Source of the DNA: Octopus bimaculoides | Lineage: Eukaryota | Assembly: GCF_001194135.2 (NCBI RefSeq) | Contig: NC_069001.1 | Span: 3,638,735-3,702,734, forward strand | DNA length: 64,000 nt | Direction of reading: 5' to 3' | In this document: piece after piece, positions 19,301-32,441 of the stretch | Position numbering within the stretch: the stretch's first letter is position 1 | Layout of the letters: the number at the start of each line of letters is the position of its first letter | Program-made: the position numbers and the translations under genes | The notes under the pieces: model-generated | Databases searched by the model: none | Told to the model about the DNA's origin: nothing | What the model saw: the letters and a program-made list of their open reading frames with translations, nothing else

Positions 19301-22300
19301 AAAAATGTGAATAAATAAGCAATTTGAAGGTTAACGGGTTAATCCTTAAGTATTTAAACTGGCAGTAACCCAGCCCAAATATTCTACCTGTCCACATCCA
19401 GCCTCTCACCAAAATATAAGAATCTTGTAGCTTTCAGATAATGCGAGAGAAAGCCATTCTCACCAAATTAGGATTTGTAAGTTCTGTGAAAATTTCAACA
19501 TTTGGTTTTGTTTTCTTTAAAATAAATTGATTTTATTTATTCCTTTTTTTTTTTTTTGTAATTGCTGATATAGTTTCAAGTAAATAGTAATTCCAACATG
19601 GAAGGATTTTACACCTTTAATCATAACCGTGCAACACCTTTAATCATAACCATGAGGTACCAAATGAAGCATCTCAGTCAAGTGCATTTACCATATACTT
19701 AGTTGATCTAAGCCCTGTAAATCCTGGCTACCAAGACATGACGGTCACAGCAGGTACACCTTTAATTATTGAGTAGCTTACGATGAAGGTAGGTCAGTCC
19801 ACATTATTCCATAAAGAGCACAGGGTCAGTTTCTCTAGCGTATATATATATATATATATATATATTCCTGTCTGGAGAGGATGCCAGTCTGTCGCAGGAT
19901 TATTCATTTTTACCGGCTGAGTGGACTGGAACAACAATGAAATGAAGTATTTTGCCCAAGAACACAATGCATTTGCCCGGTCCAGGAATTGAAACTATGA
20001 TCATGAGTCGAACACCCCCTAACACCTGAGCCACTCTACTTACATTGAAAGTCTGATACTAAAAATAAAAACGAACTCTTACTTGAGATGTTGCTGAAGT
20101 TTCTGAATCTACTTCCATAGGGGATGCTGCTTCGCTTTCAGCAACCTCAGGAACAGCCGCCGCTGCCGTCACTTCTGGTGGATTTGGTTTCGCAGATTCC
20201 TTATTCGCTGCAGAAGCAGAATCTTTCCAAGCAATGTAGTGTTGAATGTCGCTCTCAGTCTGCTGAGGGTGGAAACCGTTCAGCTGTAGTGTTGCCATGG
20301 TGATTAGGGACTGCTGCATCATTACATTGATACCATTGGTCAAATGTTGCTGGAAAAAGAGAATGACCACAGGATGAATTAACTGCAACCTGGTCGAGTG
20401 GTCAACATCACACATCAAACAATATCTTACACTTTTCTTACCATATTTCTGTTGAAATAACGGTATGCGGATGGGATGCCAAGTGCAGTTTTGCCAAAGG
20501 ATTAACCAAATGAACAAGATGCCGAAAAGACATAAAAAAATTATAATTTGATCTCGTTAAATCTTAAGTGCCAAATTGGTGAATTGGTCATTAAACTTTG
20601 AAGGTAGGAATGTTTTTCACCTTCCTTCTAAACAGGTGGGAGTTGGTGACAGGAAGGGCATCCAGCCATAGAAAAATGGATGTTAAAACATTGAAAAATA
20701 TGATGGAAGATTTTAATTCAAAATACTTTAAAAACCTACAACCAAGGGTGGTCTTAAGTAGGTTGGCATCAAAAGGTATAAAGAAGTCAGTTTCTTCACA
20801 ATGCATTTATTTAAATGAGTAATAAATAGACAAAATATTAACTTACCAATCGATCATGCACCACTCGCTGGAAAGCCGGGTGACCTTCGACAAGACAGAA
20901 GCGACCAAGAACAATAAGCTCAGAGAGGAAAGTTTTGAACCAGTTGTATAAACTTTGACCAAACTCATTGTTATCTGAAAAAGAGACAAAAATAAACATT
21001 AGTTGGTGTTATGTACGCAGAGAATACAGGTAGAAGTAAGACATTAACTTGAGTGCAGCCCTGACACAACCTCATCATCATATCTCTATCTCTCTCTCTT
21101 CCAATTGGAGTAACCATGTATTTCCCTAACAGTGAAACAACTGTTCCTGTCTGTCATATTTAAACCTTTCCTCATCGGGCATAAAGCCATCTCCCTCATT
21201 TGAGAGTTCTTGGCACTGGAGACAAACATGCACAAATACACACGTGCATACAGAAATATACATGTGCTGATAGATATACAAACATAGTTAGATGCTCACA
21301 TGTAGAGAGAGAGAATGAGACAAACCATAAAATGTCTAATATATCAGCATTGAATTGGTGATGCCAAAGTGTCTCATATTCATGATTATCATACAAAATA
21401 AACCATCTATTCATTCTAGTCACAGTTTCATAAGATCAGAAAAAATTTTTTTTTATAAAAATAGGCACTCACCTTCAGATTCTATAGTCAGTTTTATTAT
21501 TTTAGTATATTGGTGTTTGAGGAAGTTGTCCAGTGTAGCCTCAGCATCAATGTTAGGTTGAACTTCAGATATACTCTGGGATACACAGCAAATTGGATGA
21601 TATTAAAGCTAACAATATCACAATATTAAACATAAATAACAGTACTTAATTAAACAACTGTTATTGATGTGATACAAGACATTTTTTTCTTTTTCAAAAT
21701 GTCTCAGGAGCTATATGCAGAGGTGGGCCTTAACTACATGCCTTAATGTTGTTTTCCCCACGACTAAACACTAACCAAGTTGGGGTGCATTAAATATGCT
21801 CAAGTGTCTTTTATAGCTTCAAATATTTAAAATCTATCTCTGACCTTGAATTCAAGTAGCAAATTTCAAAAAGCTCTGAGGGACACACAGAGAATATATT
21901 CCCAAAAATTCAACTAAATTCTTACAATTTCAATAACCTATCATTTAATGAAGCTGCTCTTAATAAACTTAATTTATGCAAAACATACAAGGATAAAACA
22001 AAATCGAAAGTGTTTCTTAAGTATCATTAAGAAATATATTTACTGGGAAAAGATGAAATTACAAATTTTAAGGCAAATTCAAGGAGCAGGAACATTAACC
22101 TTTCAGCATTCAGATTCTGCTGTCAAATGGAAGGCTTATTTATTCAGACCATTTTGAATTTATAATAAACTAAGTTGCATCTTTGATATTCCAATGATGT
22201 GATTGTTTACTTTTAGAATGACATTGTAGGGTAGGTGTAAGAGGCCTGATTTGGTCAGTTTGAACATAGAATAGGTAGAATATTTGGGCTGGATGTGGCC

Positions 22301-25300
22301 AGTTTTAATACTAAAAGGTTAATCCCATTATAAATACAACATTTTTTACTTACATTGAATTCAAGAAATTGCAGTTATAAAATTCAATTAAAATAAAGGC
22401 AGTCTTAGAAAGATTAGCTAAATTGAATTCTTTCTCTTTTTCATTAAGTATATACCTTTTGGGTTTTTTAATAAAATCTTGAATTTTGGGATAAAAACAG
22501 TTAGTAAGCAATAATGAAAGAAAATAGAAGATGTACAAAAACAACTTACAACTATAGCTTTAATTTCAGCTCTCATTTCAGTTAATAATTGTAATACAGC
22601 ATTCTGAATATTGGCTTCTGTAGGTTCAGCATCATTAAGAATTTGATGAAGAAAGAGTTCTTTAAGAGGTGTTCGCAATCTATTGAGAGGCTCAGAGTTA
22701 CCCAGCAAAACGGTCATAAGATCAGAAATAGTCAAGTGACGTGATATACATTGAAAGATGTCGTTGGTGAGTCCTAGCAAAAAAAAACAGAGGTGAGATT
22801 TTATGTGCGTATGAGTATGCACACACACACACATAGATGTATATGTTTTGAAAGAAGTTGGCAATTTCAAACAAAAACAATTTTTAAAGTTCACTTTTGG
22901 AATGTTTTGACATAAAACAACTAAATCTTATTAGCTGTGTCCGTAATTAAAATTTAATTATGTATACAACTTACAAAATTTGTATGTGAAATGGAATCAC
23001 CATTATGTTCTTCTGGAGGAGACTGTTCAGAAAGCTTTACAGCATTATTATTTGTTTGAATGGAAAAGTTATCAGCCTGAGAGAGTGGATATTTTTAAAG
23101 ATAGTCTTTAAACGCTCCCAAAGTTGGGGGTGTAATATATTTCCAGCAATTCACCAACAATAAAGACATTCCATTTCATAAAGACCATAAAGTAGATTCA
23201 ACAAACGAAACATTAAACTGGGGGTTTTTTTCTGTATTTCTTACTGTCATAATTCTTTTTTATTTTCCCCAAGTTTTTGCCTTTGTTGCAGTTTATTCTT
23301 TGTTATAAGTGTTGATGATGATGATGATATACCATTGAGGTTGTCCTTGTATACATGCATGTCCCCAGCATCCCTCTCCAGTGGAGTGTTTCTAATCCTG
23401 TGGGGTCGTGGGTGGTGGTGCCATATAAACGCACTCATGCTGGTGCTGCGTAACAGCACCCAGTACATTCTTAAGTGGTAGGCATTAGGAAGGGCATCCA
23501 ATCGCAGAAACCATGCCAAAACAGACATGGAGCCTGGGCAGCTTTTCAGCTCCTGTCAAAAGGTCCAACCCTTACCAGCATGGGAAACGAATGTTAAATG
23601 ATGATGATGACAACAACCTTCAGTCTGTCATGGCCTACCAGCTTTACATGGCTGTTTAAATTGATCGAAATAAATAACTAATATTAAAATCATTAATTTC
23701 TGAAACTGAAAAGCTGTGGGCACAGCTAAGGTTAAATGACAAGATTCCAGGTTTGATCCCACTACACAGCACTTTGGGGCAAGTGTCTTCCACTACAGTC
23801 TCAAGTTAATTAAACTGTGGCTGCACTCCATTTTTTAATATAATACAAATAAATGACTCACCTTCAAAATGCTCTATATCCATTTCTTCGCCAATGGTAC
23901 TAAAAAAATCCCAAATTGTGCCCACATTTTGCTGGCCGGTTGCAGCTTGCATCAAGTTATTGATAATGCCCTGGATTAACTGAATGATAGCTTCATCTGG
24001 TATTACTTGAGTGCCACTTGTAGTCTGGCTTGTCGTCCCGGAAGACGATGTTGAACTGGACTGGCTCTGGGTTGTAGCAGCATTATTAGAACTTGTACTG
24101 GCAGTTGCAGTACTTCTTGTACTTGTGGTTGTTGTAGTGTTAGTTGCACTGGCAGCATTGCTGCTGTTGTTTACTGTTGTAGTCTGTAAGCCACCAGATG
24201 CAGTACTTCTCTGCAGGGGAAACGTAAAATACAAATAATAAATGGTTTCAAAAGAAATCTTAACAAATTAACAATAGTTACAACACAGATTCTGCTTTCT
24301 TCAGATCCTTCTATGAATTTCCAACTTAAAAAAAAAAACATCTGAGCAGTTATTTATAACTGAAACCTTGTTTATATTTCTAACACACTAACGGCCCACG
24401 TGTACCGCTGGTAGTTCATCACAAACTTCACACAAACTGCCATTGAGCTCTATCATTTAAGCTTAATTAAAATATGGTTTGTTTTTAAAGTTAATTATAC
24501 TTAAATCCAATTCTTTGCCTTATATTTTTTTTCATGATATTTTACCTCACAACTTTTTTGTGTTCATTCAATAATCCAGCATTTTAACATCACAGCAACT
24601 TTGCAAAAGACATTCTGAGATACCCAGAAAATAAACTTACAGCTGATCCTTGAAAGAAGTTCCTTAAAGCCTGTACAAAAGTTGTTGGTTCCAAAGGAGC
24701 TTCGGTGCTACTGATGGTGGTAGTGGTTGTGGTACTGGTTGGCTGGGACCGAGCCAGGTTACGAGAGACCATGGCAAACACTGGACTTGCCATGCCTCCA
24801 ATGGCCTGGGAGATTTGGGAAATTGATACTGGTGTTGCAACAGGACGCTGGTTAGCAGCATTTCCACCTTGTGTTTGTGTATCTACAACAGAGAAGGGAG
24901 TAAGGGCACATCATGCATTTTAAAATCCAATTCTAGGATACAGAGTTTAATATCAAGGAAGGTTTGCTAACACAGTTCATAATTGTGACCCGACAAACAG
25001 TTAAAAATTCTAAAAAAAAGATAAAAATACAGTTTATGTCAAAATTAAAACAAATTATTCTTTGAGAAAACTGAAAGCTGATTAAATAAACTTTATTATT
25101 ATTATTACTATTACAATGCAATAAAGGTAGTTCTTACTCTCACTTGGTGTGTTAGTGTTGTTAGCACTTGAAGAATCATTTGTTCCAAGTAGACCAGCCA
25201 TAACAGCAGCCACCACATCACCAAGAGCTGTGTCGGTTCCCTGGGAGAGGAGATAAATCAATGAGTAAACATGTCAGACAAGCAGGAAGAAGAACCAAAG

Positions 25301-28300
25301 AAGAATACAAGGCATGATGATCGTAGAAGAAAAAGAAAATCCAAGATTTAATTATCAAAGAAAGAAAGAAAGACTACAAGATATCAAGATCATAAAAGGA
25401 AGAATACAAGACATAATGATCAGAGGAAGAAAGGATACAAGATGTAATGATCAAAGGACACAAGATGTAATGAGAAAAGAATGAAGGACACAAAACGGAA
25501 TGATCAAAGATGGAAGAATATAAGATGTAAAATCAATAACTAAAACTGTGAAACAAAAGATTAAAGATGAAGGACAAAGTGTTGTTTCTCACCTGGTTCG
25601 ATGACTGTTGAGATGCTGCAGCAGCAACGTTTGCTGCAGCTGCAGCGACAACGTTAGCAGTAGTTGCATCATTCTGAGCCTGAGAGGAGAGGAAATGTCT
25701 GGATACGCAGGGGAGGTACGGATCGATGGTACGGGCAGGATGCTGTCCACCTAGGAGACCTTGAATGTTGGGTACATTTCCAGGTAAGACTACAGTGGGC
25801 CGACCAACACCAGTACCAATGTTGCTGCTACTACTACTACTGTTGCTGCTGCTACTACTACTAGAAGAGGAGGAGGTTGTGGATGTTGTACCACCAGTGC
25901 TAACTATTCCAGGTGTTCCACTAACATTGATGCTGCTAGTAACAGTGCTGCCACCAGGTGGACAGTTGCTACTGCTGGTATTAGTACTACTACTGCTGGC
26001 AGCAGTAGTAGTAGTATTATTAGACATGGAACTAGTAGTTGTAGTAGATGTTGAAAGGTTGGGTCCAATGTTAACCTGGAAAGTTCTCTCTGGAAAAAAC
26101 GAAAAAATTAAACCGACAATTAGTGTTATTAAATTAAAAATAAAATGAATTAAAAACAAGTAAAAAAAGTCATCATTTCTTTTTAAAAATTTTAAAACAT
26201 CATTGTTTGTTTTTAATAGGAGAACTCTAAAGTAGATAAAGCTATAAACAAAAGACTGTAAATCCCCATGATCATCATCACCATTTAACGTCCATCTTCC
26301 ATGCTGGTTTGGGCCAGACAGTTTGACAGGAGTTCAGCAAACCAAAGAGCTGCACCAGGTGCCAATTGTCTGTTTTGGCATGGTCTCTACAGCTGGATGC
26401 CCTTCCTAATGCCAACCACTTTACAGAGTGTACAGGGTACTTTTTTTGGTGCAGATTTTCTACAGCAGGATGCCTATCATCAGTGATATTTGCCCATGGT
26501 CTGACATGACTTCATATGATGTCAAGACAAAGATGCACACAATATATATATATATATATATATAAAATCATTGTCATCGTTTAACATCCACTTTCCATGC
26601 TGACAAAGGTTGGACAGTTTGACTGAGAACTGGTCAGCTGGGAGGCTGCACCAGGCTCCAATCTAATTTGGCAAGGTTTCTATGGCTGGATGCCCTTCCT
26701 AACACCAACCACTTGCGTGCCACTGGGGTAGGAGCCAGTCAGGCGGCACTAGCATCAGCCACGCTCAAATGTTGCATTTTACGTGCCAGCGGCATGGGTG
26801 CACAGCAATAAATATATATATATATAACATTAAACTGAAGAACTATAAGACTGATAAAGGCTAGCAGGCTGAAACACTGAAGTCACTATCACTCCTGTTC
26901 TTTTACAAGTTCAATACACACACAAGTGAAATGTATAAAAAAATTTTTAATTTCATCCTTACGCATTGATGATGTGTTAGAGGTTGATGTTGAAGTCATA
27001 TCTGAACTGACCACATGAGCAGATATACTGTTGACAGTCAGCGAATCAGGACCAACTTCTACAAACAGGTAGGGACTAGAACTTGAAGTAGAAAATGATT
27101 GTCCAAGAGAAATAGGAGTGCTGCTAGTTTGGGCAGTTGTTGTCTGCAGGTAGAAAAAAAGAAAAAGAAAAACAAGTAAATAAGCAGTCAACAGATTCTG
27201 GGAAACAGAAAAAGCAAAATATTATTATTCTACAAATAACAATCAAAATAAGAGAAATCTAAAAGAATTCCTAAGAGAGAGCCAGAAACCTTGGTAGTGG
27301 AGAGGCTACAATTGATTTGACTGAGCCCAGTACTTGAGTGGTATTTTATTGACAGCCTTGGGATAAATGGTTAAGTCGACCATGGCAGGATTTGAACTCA
27401 GAATGTAAAAAGATGTAACCAGGTACCACAGCAAGCAGGTGAGGTGCAGGCATAGCTGTGTGGTTAAAATGTCTGCTTCACAAACATGTGGTTTTAGATT
27501 CAGTCCCACAGTGGAACCATGGGCAAGTGTCTTCTGCCATAGTCCCAAGTCAACCAAAACTTTGAGAGTGGATTTAGCAGAGAGAAACTGAAAGAAGCCC
27601 AGTGATTGTGTGGGTGTGTGTTCAACCCAGCAAAACATCCAAGATATGACAGCCAAAGAGAGAGAGGGTTGCACCAGCACCCAGCTGAGTAGACCAGGGA
27701 CTATATAAATTGAACTCACAAACTTATAAGCTGAATATCCTTACCACAAGGCCACACATCTTCACAGAGGGTATCTGGGGTAGTGTTGCTCGACAAGTTG
27801 CACAGCTTGGATATTAAGGAGTCTCCTCCACAAGTCAAGCTGCTACCTCTCCCCAATGAGAGGTCACGCCTCTGATCCTATGAACATGGGATTAGAATGT
27901 CAGGGGAAAGAACTGCAAGATGGGTTCTACAAACCAAGCCAACCAACATGGAATTCATGAGTAGGCCAAGAACAAGGTGGATGGATAATATCCATAGTCT
28001 TAGTCGGTTACACTTGAGAATCCAGCCAGAAAATTTAATGATGGTTGCTTCTGATTGGACCCAGTGAAGGAGATGACTTAGGACTCTACCCCAACAATAG
28101 ACAAGAAATAGTGTGTGGAGAAGATGACTGGATGGGTGGATGAGCAGAAGTGTTTTCCTAGCAACTAATGAGCTTAATTAATTACCTGAGAAGAATTAGT
28201 AGAAAATACTGTAGATGGTAGTGTGATGAGAGGTACTGGGGTAGTGCTGGCAGATGTGAAAGTTCTAGAGGATGATGTTGTTGAGGTAGCTGGTACTGCA

Positions 28301-31300
28301 GTTGATTGTGTTACATTACTGCTGAGGCTACTACTACTAGTGTGGCTACCACCACTGGTACTGTGACTCCCGGCTGTGCCACTTGCAGCCGAGGCAGAAC
28401 GAAGACCAGGATTGATCGCTGAAAAGTTTGGTATGATGTTTCCTCCCGGAATCCTGTACTGGCCCTGGTAAAAGAAAATGATAACATTAACAGAATGCCA
28501 TTAGGGATGATGGTTCCAATCAGAAATTACAACAAATATTTTTTAAAAGTCAGTAAAATGCATCAACAGTACATGGTATTATATCACAAATCATCTTCAT
28601 CAAGATCCCTTTACTGATGCTGACAGCCGTTGGGGTGCCACTCTAGATGCTTTCATAGTCAACCATTGTCATTTGTCTCTGTTCTGTCATGCATAGCAGG
28701 TTCGCTGTGTTGCGACTGTTCAGTTCTTGATGTTGTCAAACCAGGATTTTCTCTGCCTCTCTTTTGCCCTCCCTCACCCGTGCCCTGAAGAATGGTTTTT
28801 GGCAAGGAGTCGAGCCAGGATACATGGCTGTACGAGGCAAGCTTTCATCTTTTCACCTGTATAAACACTGGTTCCTGACAGCCAGTAGATTTGTTAACTT
28901 GCTGCCTGACCATTTTGTGCTCTGTGTATGGGATTTGTAACAGCCTTCTGAAGCACTTGTGCTCAAATGCCTGGATTCTTTGCTCCATGTCAGTTTGTCA
29001 GGGTCTAGCTCTCGCACCCAAACAGAAGGATCAAAGTCACCAGAGTCTTCTACACTCTGAGTCTTGTTGGAAAACTAATGGAATTCCTTTTCAATATGTT
29101 GTTCAGCTTCATCATGGCAAATAAGTTACTGTTAATGTGTATAATAGTGGGGGAAGAGCTTTAGAAAGCAACTAGGATTAATTATGCAGTGAGTGGTTGT
29201 GGAAGCATGGTGCGTGTGCACTTGACATCATGTGATGGTTCTAAATGCACATTACTGTCAAATAAAGGATGTTAATCATTTCCAATTTTCCAGGTCAACA
29301 TATCTGGTCAATGGAAGATATTATATTACCTTGCCTGGAAACAGGTGACAGTTGGCAAACAGGAAAAGCATTTGGCTGAAGAAAAATCTGCCCCATACAA
29401 GCAAAGAAAAGTGGATGTTAAATGTGAATGATGATGATTGATGATAATGAATCACTGTCCCAATTTAAATATGTTTTAGTCATTGTTAGTTTGACTTACA
29501 TTCACTGGTATGGATCCTGTTGATAGAGTTGAAGGGATCAAACCTGCCAATGCAGGCATGGCTGTGTGAGCATGGAGATGACGTGGTGGAGACTGACTAA
29601 AGTCAACAGTAAGGTCACTGACACTGTGATAGATGTGACTCATGTAATGCAGGCACTCGGACACACCATTGAATATACGCTCACTCTCTTGGCGTGCTTC
29701 AGTCTGAAAGCAACAGAGAAACGTTAAACAGCTTGTTTTATTATTAGAATATTTAAATAGTTAATGATTTGGAAGATGAAAAACGTGTAAGACAAAAATA
29801 ATAAAAAGAGAGAGAGAGAGAGAGAGATAACAAGAAGAGGGAAAGAAAAAAGAGAGAGAAAGATAACATATAAGAAAATAGAAATAAAGAGAGAAAACAA
29901 GAAAAATAGAAAAAAAAAAGACAGAGAGAAAAGAAAATTACAAAGAAAGAATGAGAGACATAACAAAATATCTAAGCTTCCTCTCCCCACTGCAAAACAA
30001 TATATTACTAATGGATAGATATATTTTACTGCAGCTGGCCAAGTTGTTTATGTGCCGAATGGTCTGTGCTTGTGTCCTATATAAAGGAAATTATTGCTGT
30101 TTCTGTACACTTGGTTATAAATAGGCATTATGAGGATGCACAGTTCAATGCTATAAGCAACAGGTACACTAAATATGACCATTGTCTTATTGGGTTTTCA
30201 GTACTTGGCTCAAATCCTCTCACAAGTTAGGAGAGGAGAGAGATTCTATCAATATTATTATTATTATTATTATAATACTCAGACATATCTGAATAAATCT
30301 TTATAGAGTAAAAGGAACAATCAAATGCAAATTTATAAAGATATAAGTAACAGTTAAGACACAACAGTCTTGTATAAGACAACTATGTGAAAATTGTTCA
30401 TAATGGAATTTTTTTCTCTCTCATAAATTGAAGTAAAAATACATGTATTTTTTTTTTAATCTTTAGCATGAATGAGACTTGCAGAATTTATATAAAAGAG
30501 TGAACAAATCAGGAAGGAAAACATACTTGTTCACTTGTATAAGAGGCATCATTTTGTGCCAATGTTGTATATTGTGTTAAGAATGGCTGCAGTCTTCTTT
30601 GGACTTCTTGAAGTTCTGTCATTAGTTCAGCAACAACTGTCACTGGTGGTGGGCTACAGAAGAGGAGGAGGAAGGGATTTGAAGAAGCGGATAACCAAGA
30701 CTAATCTTACTGCTAATACGATTTGCCAGATGAAATCCAGAAAAAACAATAAGCAATGACAGCAAGTAAATATCAATTTAAATAAATAAAGTAACGTTAA
30801 TGATGATAGCAAAAAAAAAAAAAAAAAAAAAGGGATAAAATTTATTTGGAACACAAAATTCTTACTCCTGAACAAAATACAAGTGTCTGAATGAACCTAG
30901 CAAAACAAATGACCACTTAAAAAAATACCGTAGTTCTGATATAATTTTCAAAATATTTGAAGTCTTGATATAACTGTTGAATATTGTAGCTTTAAAACAT
31001 TGCTGTTTTAATTCAATTAAATATTGTAGTTTTGATATAATTGTTAAATACAGTGTTTCTTCAGCCAGGTTTCGTACTAAGATACTAATCAGTTCCTTCG
31101 ACAGACTCCTGTCATATGTATTTCAGCTTTAATCTCAGCTCATTTAACAAACAAACTCATGTTCAGCCTGTAGTTCTTCTACAACTGAAGTATTCTCTCA
31201 ACTAAAAAATAACTTAAACAATCACGTTTAACACTTCTTTGCTCTTCTGAATTTTCATTGTCCAAAGTGTCAGATGTCTTTACAAATACATTTCGAGTAT

Positions 31301-32410
31301 TCAGTATGGAAGAAGAACCTCAAATATGTTAAACGTAACAAGAGTTCTTAATTTTCAACTTACTTCTCCAATCCATTCAAGCTCAGAAAAAATGGACATA
31401 AAATGATGACTTAAGTAAAGCTTCACCATTTGTATGGAGCTTGTGTCAGTCAGCATGGCATATTATGATAGATGCATCAATAAAGGATTGTAATTAAACA
31501 AATTACAACACTATCATCATCCTTTTAACGCTCACTCTTCAATGCTTGCATGGGTCAGACGGAATTCTAAAATTCTATGAACTATAAACTGATGTGTTAC
31601 TTTTATCCACTTCTATGCATCATATTTATCATTTAACTGTGTAACCCTGTCACACCACCAACAGCTCCTTGACTGCCTTTCACAGAATTCATTTGTATTA
31701 TTGTTATAATAGGTTGGTGCAAAAATAACTGCAGTTATTGATTATAGTTATTTTGAAAGATGATGCATATTTTTAGAATAAACTTCAGCTCAACTATGTT
31801 TTTATACCATTTTGAAATGCAGATTTCAGTCTATTGATTTATGCTAATGGTCTTGCTTCCACAATAGTTGAATATTTACAGCTGTCAAATGAAAGACAGA
31901 CAGTTCAAGATAGATTGCGAAGTAGTTGAAACGGCTTGCAATATATCACTAAGAAAAAAATATCAAAAATGAATTTAATAAGAGAATTTTCTAGAATGTA
32001 AAGATACTGGATTAACAAAGTCCTAGATAAATTATTCAATAGTCATACAAGTTTGTCATGATTTTTATATCAACTCAAAGTGAACTAGAAAGAAAAACAA
32101 AAAAAGAGATCAATTCAAACCTTGGTCCCTGAGAATTGCTTGCAGTACTGGGTTGATCATCACTAGATGGCTGAGCAGTACCACTTTGGCTAGGAGCTCC
32201 TGGAACTGGTTCATTGCTATTTCTTTGATTATTGGTGCTTTGTTGGTTACTGTTGGCCGACGGATTCTACAACAAAAGAAGCCAATACATCTAACACTGA
32301 TCAAATTGTCAAAATAGAATTTTATCTGTTTAGAAATAACATTGAAGAGTAAATGAGGATGAATTTCATAAAACAATAAAAACTGATCATTCATGCAGGG
32401 CCTTGGAGAC

Positions 32411-32441
<31 letters not shown>

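Noticed and set aside
25765-26148. + strand ORFs antisense to BAG6 exons (also 24011, 24705, 18344, 30535)
   Set aside because: Shadow frames of low-complexity BAG6 coding exons.
31443-31520. C/D snoRNA-like ATGATGA...CTGA on the BAG6 sense strand
   Set aside because: The C box is the (GAT)n tail of the common retroelement, and there is no terminal stem.
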